Positions 1 to 10,200 of a stretch of 64,000 nucleotides of DNA are shown here, piece after piece (positions within the stretch are counted from its first letter, which is position 1; every line of letters begins with the position of its first letter). Position numbers and translations under genes: made by a program. Origin of the DNA: Eledone cirrhosa (Eukaryota); the NCBI GenBank assembly GCA_964016885.1, contig OZ024741.1, positions 256,680,001 to 256,744,000 on the forward strand, in the 5' to 3' direction. The notes beneath the pieces were generated by a model, which saw only the letters and a list, made by a program, of their open reading frames with translations, was not told the origin of the DNA and ran no database searches.

Positions 1-1140
1 CTTACGGGTGTTTCGGCTTACGAGTGTTTCGACTTATGAGTGTTCCGACTTACGAGTGTTTCGGCTTACGAGTGTTTTGACTTACGAATGTTCTGACTAC
101 GAGTGTTCTGACTTACGAGTGTTTCGACTTACGAGTGTTCTGACTTACGAGTGCACTGACTTACGAGCGTTTCGGCTTACGAGTGTTTCGACTTAAGAGT
201 GTTCTGACTTACGAGTATTTCGACTTACGAGCGTTCCGACTTACGAGTGTTTCGGCTTACGAGTGTTCCGACTTACGAGTGTTTCGACTTACGAGTGTTC
301 TGAATTACGAGTGTTCTGACTTACGAGTGTTCTGACTTACGAGTGTTCCGACTTACGAGTGTTTCGACTTACGAGTGTTTCGACTTACGAGTGTTTCGAC
401 TTACAAATGTTCCGACTTACGAGTGTTTCGACTTACGAGTGTTTCGACTTATGAGTGTTTCGACTTACGAGTGTTTCGACTTACAAATGTTCCGACTTAC
501 GAGTGTTCTGACTTACGAGTGTTCCGACTTATGAGTGTTTCGACTTACGAGTGTTTTGACTTACGAGTGTTCCGACTTACGAGTGTTTCGGCTTACGGGT
601 GTTTCGACGTACGAGTATTTTTGGCTTACGAGTGTTTCGACTTACGAGTGTTTTGAATTACGATTGTTTCGGCTTACAAGTGTTTCGACTTACGAGTATT
701 TCGACTTACGAGTGTTTCGACTTACGAGTGTTCTGACTTACTAGTGTTCTGACTTATGAGTGTTCTGACTTACGAGTGTTCTGACTTACGAGTGTTCCGA
801 CTTACGAGTGTTTCGGCTTACGAGTGTTTCGACTTACGAGTGTTTCGACTTACGAGTGTTTCGACTTACGAATGTTTCGACTTACGAGTGTTTCGACTTA
901 CGGTGTTTCGGCTTACGAGTGTTTCGACTTACGAGTGTTTTGACTTACTGGTGTTATGACATACGAGTGTTTCGATACGAGTGTTTCGACTTACGAGTGT
1001 TCTGACTTACGAGTGTTCTGACTTACGAGTGTTCTAACTTACGAGTGTTCTGACTTACGAGTGTTCTGACTTACGCGTGTTCCGACTTACGAGTGTTTCG
1101 GCTCACCAGTGTTTCGGCTTACGAGTGTTTCGACTTACGA

Positions 1141-1209
1141 AAATAACAAATAGACGCGGTTTCAAATCTCTATGCTTTTCATATTCATTACATTAATCTT
1201 TATTTATAC
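1141..1209 (+). repeat. 69-bp spacer, haplotype A (TTTTCATATTC, right flank GCCTT)
   Basis: The same diagnostic bases are seen at 3807, 7003, 17241, 23288 and 35876. Confidence 0.93.
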
Positions 1210-2508
1210 GTTTCGCCTTACGAGTGTTTCGACTTACGAGTGTTTCGACTTACGAGTGTTTCGGCTTACGATTGTTTTGACTTACGAGTGTTTTGACTTA
1301 CGGGTGTTTCGGCTTACGAGTGTTTCGACTTACGAGTGTTTTGACTTACGGGTGTTTTGACATACGAGTGTTTCGATACGAGTGTTCTGACTTACGAGTG
1401 TTCTGACTTACGAGTGTTCTGACATACGTGTGTTCTGACTTACGAGTGTTCCGATTTACGAGTGTTTCGGATTATGAGTGTTTCGACTTACGAATGTTTT
1501 TGCTTACGGGTGTTTCGACTTACGAATGTTTTTGCTTGCGAGTGTTTCGGCTTACGAGTGTTTCGACTTACGAAAATAACAAATAGACGAGGTTTCAAAT
1601 CTCTATGCTTTTCAAATTCATTACATTAATCTTTATTTACACGTTTCGCTTTACGAGTGTTTCGACTTACGATTGTTTCGACTTACGAGTGTTTCGGCTT
1701 ACGATTGTTTTGACTTACGAGTGTTTTGACTTACGGGTGTTTCGGCCTACGAGTGTTTCGACTTACGAGTGTTCTGACTTACGAGTATTCTGACTTACGT
1801 GTGTTTCGGCTTACGAGTGTTTCGACTTACGAGTGTTCTGACTTACGAGTGTTTCGACTTACGAGCGTTCCGACTTACGAGTGTTTCGGCTTACGAGTGT
1901 TCCGACTTACGAGCGTTTTGACTTACGAGTGTTTTGACTTACGGTGTTTCTGCTTACGAGTGTTTCGACTTACGAGTGTTAAGACTTACGGGTGTTTTGA
2001 CATACGAGTGTTTCGACTTACGAGTGTTACGAGTGTTCTGACTTACGAGTGTTTCGACTTACGAGTGCTCTAACCTACGAGTGTTCTGACTTACGAGTGT
2101 TTCGACTTACGAGTGTTTTGACTTACGGGTGTTTCGACTTACGAGTGTTTCGACTTACGAGTGTTTCGAGTTACGGGTGTTTCGACTTACGAGTGTTTTG
2201 ACTTACAAGTGTTAAGACTTACGGGTGTTTTGACATACGAGTGTTTCGATACGAGTGTTTCGACTACGAGTGTTTCGACTTACGAGTGTTTCGGCTTACG
2301 AGTGTTTCGACATACGGGTGTTTCGACTTACGGTGTTTCGGCTTACGAGTGTTTCGACTTACGAATGTTCTGACTTACGAGTGTTCTGACTTACGAGTGT
2401 TCTGACTTACGAGTGTTCTGACTTACGAGTGTTCTGACTTACGAGTGTTCCGACTTACGAGTGTTTAGGCTCACCAGTGTTTCGGCTTACGAGTGTTTCG
2501 ACTTATGA

Positions 2509-2577
2509 AAATAACAAATAGACGCGGTTTCAAATCTCTATACTTTTCAAATTCATTACATTAATCTTTATTTATAC
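2509..2577 (+). repeat. 69-bp spacer, haplotype C (CTATACTTTT)
   Basis: The same G>A change is seen at 5261, 8323, 24323, 25525, 29111, 31335, 32585, 36848 and 38098. Confidence 0.93.
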
Positions 2578-4223
2578 GTTTCGCTTTACGAGTGTTTTGA
2601 CTTACGAGTGTTTCGACTTACGAGTGTTTCGGCTTACGATTGTTTTGACTTACGAGTGTTTTGACTTACGGGTGTTTCGGCCTACGAGTGTTTCGACTTA
2701 CGAGTGTTCTGACTTACGAGTGTTCTGACTTACGAGTGTTTCGGCTTACGAGTGTTTCGACTTACGAGTGTTCTGACTTACGAGTGTTTCGACTTACGAG
2801 CGTTCCGACTTACGAGTGTTTCGGCTTACGAGTGTTCCGACTTACGAGTGTTTCGACTTACGAGTGTTTCGACTTACGAGCGTTTTGAATTACGAGTGTT
2901 TTGACTTACGGTGTTTCTGCTTACGAGTGTTTCGACTTACGAGTGTTAAAACTTACGGGTGTTTTGACATACGAGTGTTTCGACTTACGAGTGTTACGAG
3001 TGTTCTGACTTACGAGTGTTTCGACTTACGAGTGCTCTGACCTACGAGTGTTCTGACTTACGAGTGTTTCGACTTACGAGTGTTTTGACTTACGGGTGTT
3101 TCGACTTACGAGTGTTTCGACTTACGAGTGTTTCGAGTTACGGGTGTTTCGACTTACGAGTGTTTTGACTTACGAGTGTTAAGACTTACGGGTGTTTTGA
3201 CATACGAGTGTTTCGATACGAGTGTTTCGACTTACGAGTGTTTTGACTTACGGGTGTTTTGACATACGAGTGTTTCGATACGAGTGTTTCGACTACGAGT
3301 GTTTCGACTTACGAGTGTTTCGGCTTACGAGTGTTTCGACATACGGGTGTTTCGACTTACGGTGTTTCGGCTTACGAGTGTTTCGACTTACGAATGTTCT
3401 GACTTACGAGTGTTCTGACTTACGAGTGTTCTGACTTACGAGTGTTCTGACTTACGATTGTTCCGACTTACGAGTGTTTCGGCTTACGAGTGTATCGGCT
3501 TACGAGTGTTTCGACTTACGAGTGTTTCGATTTACGAGTGTTTCGACTTACGAGTGCTTTGACTTACGGTGTTTCGGCTTACGAGTGTTTCGACTTACGA
3601 GTGTTTTGACTTACTGGTGTTTTGACATATGAGTGTTTCGATACGAGTGTTTCGACTTACGAGTGTTCTGACTTACGAGTGTTCTGACTTACGAGTGTTC
3701 TAACTTACGAGTGTTCTGACTTACGAGTGTTCTGACTTACGAGTGTTCCGACTTACGAGTGTTTCGACTCACCAGTGTTTCGGCTTACGAGTGTTTCGAC
3801 TTACGAAAATAACAAATAGACGCGGTTTCAAATCTCTATGCTTTTCATATTCATTACATTAATCTTTATTTATACGTTTCGCCTTACGAGTGTTTCGACT
3901 TACGAGTGTTTCGACTTACGAGTGTTTCGGCTTACGAGTGTTTCGACTTACGAGTGTTTTGACTTACGGGTGTTTTGACATACGAGTGTTTCGATACGAG
4001 TGTTCTGACTTACGAGTGTTCTGACTTACGTGTGTTCTGACTTACGAGTGTTCTGACTTACGAGTGTTCTGACATACGTGTGTTCTGACTTACGAGTGTT
4101 CCGATTTACGAGTGTTTCGACTTATGAGTGTTTCGACTTACGAATGTTTTTGCTTACGGGTGTTTCGACTTACGAATGTTTTTGCTTACGAGTGTTTCGG
4201 CTTACGAGTGTTTCGACTTACGA

Positions 4224-4292
4224 AAATAACAAATAGACGTGGTTTCAAATCTCTATGCTTTTCAAATTCATTACATTAATCTTTATTTACAC
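4224..4292 (+). repeat. 69-bp spacer, haplotype B (GACGTGG or GACGAGG, TTTACAC)
   Basis: The GACGTGG form with right flank TTACTAG is at 4224, 10499, 12836 and 17642. The GACGAGG form is at 1574 and 7436. Confidence 0.93.
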
Positions 4293-7200
4293 GTTTCGCT
4301 TTACTAGTGTTTCGACTTACGAGTGTTTCGACTTACGAGTGTTTCGACTTACGAGTGTTTCGACTTACGAGTGTTTTGACTTACGAGTGTTCTGACTTAC
4401 GAGTGTTCTGACTTACGAGTGTTTCGACTTTCGAGTGTTCTGACTTACGAGTGTTCTGACTTACGAGTGTTCCGACTTACGAGTGTTTCGACTTACGAGT
4501 GTTTCGACTTACGAGTGTTTCGGCTTACGAGTGTTTTGACTTACGAATGTTCTGACTACGAGTGTTCTGACTTACGAGTGTTTCGGCTTATGAGTGTTTC
4601 GACTTACGAGTGTTTCGGCTTATGAGTGTTTCGACTTACGAGTGTTTCGGCTTACGATTGTTTCAACTTACGAGTGTTTCGACTTACGAGTGTTTCGACA
4701 TACGGGTGTTTCGACTTACGAGTGTTTCGACTACGAGTGTTTCGACTTACGAGTGTTTCGGCTTACGAGTGTTTCGACATACGGGTGTTTCGACTTACGG
4801 TGTTTCGGCTTACGAGTGTTTCGACTTACGAGTGTTCTGACTTACGAGTGTTCTGACTTACGAGTGTTCTGACTTACGAGTGTTCCGACTTACGAGTGTT
4901 TCGGCTTACGAGTGTTTCGGCTTACGAGTGTTTCGGCTTACGAGTGTTTCGACTTACGAGTGTTTCGACTTACGAGTGTTTCGACTTACGAGTGTTTTGA
5001 CTTACGGTGTTTCGGCTTACGAGTGTTTCGACTTACGAGTGTTTTGACTTACTGGTGTTTTGACATACGAGTGTTTCGATACGAGTGTTTCGACTTACGA
5101 GTGTTCTGACTTACGAGTTTTCTGACTTACGAGTGTTCTGACTGACGAGTGTTCTAACTTACGAGTGTTCTGACTTACGAGTGTTCTGACTTACGAGTGT
5201 TCCGACTTACGAGTGTTTCGGCTCACCAGTGTTTCGGCTTACGAGTGTTTCGACACACGAAAATAACAAATAGACGCGGTTTCAAATCTCTATACTTTTC
5301 AAATTCATTACATTAATCTTTATTTATACGTTTCGCTTTACGAGTGTTTCGACTTACGAGTGTTTCGACTTACGAGTGTTTCGGCTTACGATTGTTTTGA
5401 CTTACGAGTGTTTTGACTTACGGGTGTTTCGGCCTACGAGTGTTTCAACTTACGAGTGTTCTGACTTACGAGTGCACTGACTTACGAGCGTTTCGTCTTA
5501 CGAGTGTTTCGACTTAAGAGTGTTCTAACTTACGAGTGTTTCGACTTACGAGCGTTCCGACTTACGAGTGTTTCGGCTTATGAGTGTTTCGACTTACAAG
5601 TGTTTTGACTTACGGGTGTTTTGACATACGAGTGTTTCGATACGAGTGTTCTGACTGACGAGTGTTTCCGCTTACGAGTGTTTCGGCTTACGAGTGTTTC
5701 GACTTACTAATGTTTTTACTTACGAGTGTTTCGGTGTACGAGTGTTTCGACTTAAGGATGTTTCGACTTACGAGTGTTTCGACTTACGAGTGTTTCGACT
5801 TACGAGTGTTTCGACTTACGAGTGTTTTGGCTTACGAATGTTTTGATTTACGGGTGTTTCGACTTACGGGTGTTTCGGCTTACGAGTGTTTCGACTTATG
5901 AGTGTTCCGACTTACGAGTGTTTCGGCTTACGAGTGTTTTGACTTACGAATGTTCTGACTACGAGTGTTCTGACTTACGAGTGTTTCGACTTACGAGTGT
6001 TCTGACTTACGAGTGCACTGACTTACGAGCGTTTCGGCTTACGAGTGTTTCGACTTAAGAGTGTTCTGACTTACGAGTATTTCGACTTACGAGCGTTCCG
6101 ACTTACGAGTGTTTCGGCTTACGAGTGTTCCGACTTACGAGTGTTTCGACTTACGAGTGTTCTGAATTACGAGTGTTCTGACTTACGAGTGTTCTGACTT
6201 ACGAGTGTTCCGACTTACGAGTGTTTCGACTTACGAGTGTTTCGACTTACGAGTGTTTCGACTTACAAATGTTCCGACTTACGAGTGTTTCGACTTACGA
6301 GTGTTTCGACTTATGAGTGTTTCGACTTACGAGTGTTTCGACTTACAAATGTTCCGACTTACGAGTGTTCTGACTTACGAGTGTTCCGACTTATGAGTGT
6401 TTCGACTTACGAGTGTTTTGACTTACGAGTGTTCCGACTTACGAGTGTTTCGGCTTACGGGTGTTTCGACGTACGAGTATTTTTGGCTTACGAGTGTTTC
6501 GACTTACGAGTGTTTTGAATTACGATTGTTTCGGCTTACAAGTGTTTCGACTTACGAGTATTTCGACTTACGAGTGTTTCGACTTACGAGTGTTCTGACT
6601 TACTAGTGTTCTGACTTATGAGTGTTCTGACTTACGAGTGTTCTGACTTACGAGTGTTCCGACTTACGAGTGTTTCGGCTTACGAGTGTTTCGACTTACG
6701 AGTGTTTCGACTTACGAGTGTTTCGACTTACGAATGTTTCGACTTACGAGTGTTTCGACTTACGGTGTTTCGGCTTACGAGTGTTTCGACTTACGAGTGT
6801 TTTGACTTACTGGTGTTTTGACATACGAGTGTTTCGATACGAGTGTTTCGACTTACGAGTGTTCTGACTTACGAGTGTTCTGACTTACGAGTGTTCTAAC
6901 TTACGAGTGTTCTGACTTACGAGTGTTCTGACTTACGCGTGTTCCGACTTACGAGTGTTTCGGCTCACCAGTGTTTCGGCTTACGAGTGTTTCGACTTAC
7001 GAAAATAACAAATAGACGCGGTTTCAAATCTCTATGCTTTTCATATTCATTACATTAATCTTTATTTATACGTTTCGCCTTACGAGTGTTTCGACTTACG
7101 AGTGTTTCGACTTACGAGTGTTTCGGCTTACGATTGTTTTGACTTACGAGTGTTTTGACTTACGGGTGTTTCGGCTTACGAGTGTTTCGACTTACGAGTG

Positions 7201-10200
7201 TTTTGACTTACGGGTGTTTTGACATACGAGTGTTTCGATACGAGTGTTCTGACTTACGAGTGTTCTGACTTACGAGTGTTCTGACATACGTGTGTTCTGA
7301 CTTACGAGTGTTCCGATTTACGAGTGTTTCGGATTATGAGTGTTTCGACTTACGAATGTTTTTGCTTACGGGTGTTTCGACTTACGAATGTTTTTGCTTG
7401 CGAGTGTTTCGGCTTACGAGTGTTTCGACTTACGAAAATAACAAATAGACGAGGTTTCAAATCTCTATGCTTTTCAAATTCATTACATTAATCTTTATTT
7501 ACACGTTTCGCTTTACGAGTGTTTCGACTTACGAGTGTTTCGACTTACGAGTGTTTCGGCTTACGATTGTTTTGACTTACGAGTGTTTTGACTTACGGGT
7601 GTTTCGGCCTACGAGTGTTTCGACTTACGAGTGTTCTGACTTACGAGTATTCTGACTTACGTGTGTTTCGGCTTACGAGTGTTTCGACTTACGAGTGTTC
7701 TGACTTACGAGTGTTTCGACTTACGAGCGTTCCGACTTACGAGTGTTTCGGCTTACGAGTGTTCCGACTTACGAGCGTTTTGACTTACGAGTGTTTTGAC
7801 TTACGGTGTTTCTGCTTACGAGTGTTTCGACTTACGAGTGTTAAGACTTACGGGTGTTTTGACATACGAGTGTTTCGACTTACGAGTGTTACGAGTGTTC
7901 TGACTTACGAGTGTTTCGACTTACGAGTGCTCTAACCTACGAGTGTTCTGACTTACGAGTGTTTCGACTTACGAGTGTTTTGACTTACGGGTGTTTCGAC
8001 TTACGAGTGTTTTGACTTACAAGTGTTAAGACTTACGGGTGTTTTGACATACGAGTGTTTCGATACGAGTGTTTCGACTACGAGTGTTTCGACTTACGAG
8101 TGTTTCGGCTTACGAGTGTTTCGACATACGGGTGTTTCGACTTACGGTGTTTCGGCTTACGAGTGTTTCGACTTACGAATGTTCTGACTTACGAGTGTTC
8201 TGACTTACGAGTGTTCTGACTTACGAGTGTTCTGACTTACGAGTGTTCTGACTTACGAGTGTTCCGACTTACGAGTGTTTAGGCTCACCAGTGTTTCGGC
8301 TTACGAGTGTTTCGACTTATGAAAATAACAAATAGACGCGGTTTCAAATCTCTATACTTTTCAAATTCATTACATTAATCTTTATTTATACGTTTCGCTT
8401 TACGAGTGTTTCGACTTACGAGTGTTTCGACTTACGAGTGTTTCGGCTTACGATTGTTTTGACTTACGAGTGTTTTGACTTACGGGTGTTTCGGCCTACG
8501 AGTGTTTCGACTTACGAGTGTTCTGACTTACGAGTGTTTCGGCTTACGAGTGTTTCGACTTACGAATGTTCTGACTTACGAGTGTTTCGACTTACGAGCG
8601 TTCCGACTTACGAGTGTTTCGGCTTACGAGTGTTCCGACTTACGAGTGTTTCGACTTACGAGTGTTTCGACTTACGAGCGTTTTGACTTACGAGTGTTTT
8701 GACTTACGGTGTTTCTGCTTACGAGTGTTTCGACTTACGAGGGTTAAGACTTACGGGTGTTTTGACATACGAGTGTTTCGACTTACGAGTGTTACGAGTG
8801 TTCTGACTTACGAGTGTTTCGACTTACGAGTGTTCTGACCTACGAGTGTTCTGACTTACGAGTGTTTCGACTTACGAGTGTTTTGACTTACGGGTGTTTC
8901 GACTTACGAGTGTTTCGACTTACGAGTGTTAAGACTTACGGGTGTTTTGACATACGAGTGCTTCGATACGAGTGTTTCGACTTACGAGTGTTTTGACTTA
9001 CGGGTGTTTTGACATACGAGTGTTTCGATACGAGTGTTTCGACTACGAGTGTTTCGACTTACGAGTGTTTCGGCTTACGAGTGTTTCGACATACGGGTGT
9101 ATCGATTTACGGTGTTTCGGCTTACGAGTGTTTCGACTTACGAATGTTCTGACTTACGAGTGTTCTGACTTACGAGTGTTCTGACTTACGAGTGTTCTGA
9201 CTTACGATTGTTCCGACTTACGAGTGTTTCGGCTTACGAGTGTTTCGGCTTACGAGTGTTTCGACTTACGAGTGTTTCGATTTACGAGTGTTTCGACTTA
9301 CGAGTGCTTTGACTTACGGTGTTTCGGCTTACGAGTGTTTCGACTTACGAGTGTTTTGACTTACTGGTGTTTTGACATACGAGTGTTTCGATACGAGTGT
9401 TTCGACTTACGAGTGTTCTGACTTACGAGTGTTCTGACGTAGGAGTGTTCTGACTTACGAGTGTTCTAACTTACGAGTGTTCTGACTTACGAGTGTTCTG
9501 ACTTACGAGTGTTCCGACTTACGAGTGTTTCGGCTCACCAGTGTTTCGGCTTACGAGTGTTTCGACTTAGGAAAATAACAAATAGACGCGGTTTCAAATC
9601 TCTATGCTTTTCAAATTCATTACATTAATCTTTATTTATACGTTTCGCTTTACGAGTGTTTCGACTTACGAGTGTTTCGACTTACGAGTGTTTTGGCTTA
9701 CGATTGTTTTGACTTACGAGTGTTTTGACTTACGGGTGTTTCGGCTTACGAGTGTTTCGACTTACGTGTGTTCTGACTTACGAGTGTTCTGACTTACGAG
9801 TGTTTCGGCTTACGAGTGTTTCGACTTACAAGTGCTTCGACTTACGAGTGTTTCGGCTTACGGGTGTTTCGACTTACGAATGTTTTTGCTTGCGAGTGTT
9901 TCGGCTTACGAGTGTTTCGGCTTATGAGTGTTTCGACTTACAAGTGTTTTGACTACGAGTGTTTCGATACGAGTGTTCTGACTTACGAGTGTTTCCGCTT
10001 ACGAGTGTTTCGGCTTACGAGTGTTTCGACTTACTAATGTTTTTACTTACGAGTGTTTCGGTGTACGAGTGTTTCGACTTAAGGATGTTTCGACTTACGA
10101 GTGTTTCGACTTACGAGTGTTTCGACTTACGAGTGTTTCGACTTACGAGTGTTTTGGCTTACGAATGTTTTGACTTACGGGTGTTTCGACTTACGGGTGT

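Larger units (their letters stand above)
1..9640 (+). repeat. Higher-order duplication, period 5862 bp (falling to 5814 and 5766 further along); right boundary approximate
   Basis: Matching ORF-track entries are offset by 5862 (343/6205, 1172/7034, 1726/7588). Spacers 2509/8323 are offset 5814. The next spacer pair 3807/9573 is offset 5766 but differs in haplotype. Confidence 0.88.

Noticed and set aside
1141-1209. Spacer as an independently mobile MITE or SINE targeting the satellite
   Set aside because: It has no terminal inverted repeats, target duplication, poly(A) tail or A/B boxes. The identical phase, orientation and haplotype-linked flanks fit a single origin followed by array amplification.
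1172-1360. MLFKFITLIFIYTF.. ORFs that look like signal peptides or transmembrane starts
   Set aside because: The hydrophobicity follows from the T-rich spacer. The ATG is lost in haplotype C (ATA), and the downstream frame ends at arbitrary satellite stops.
5725-5765. Resemblance of GGTGTACGAG and AAGGATGT to Candida-type long telomeric repeats
   Set aside because: These are rare variants of the monomer. A 64-kb array with kb-scale higher-order repeats and embedded spacers does not fit telomerase-templated synthesis.
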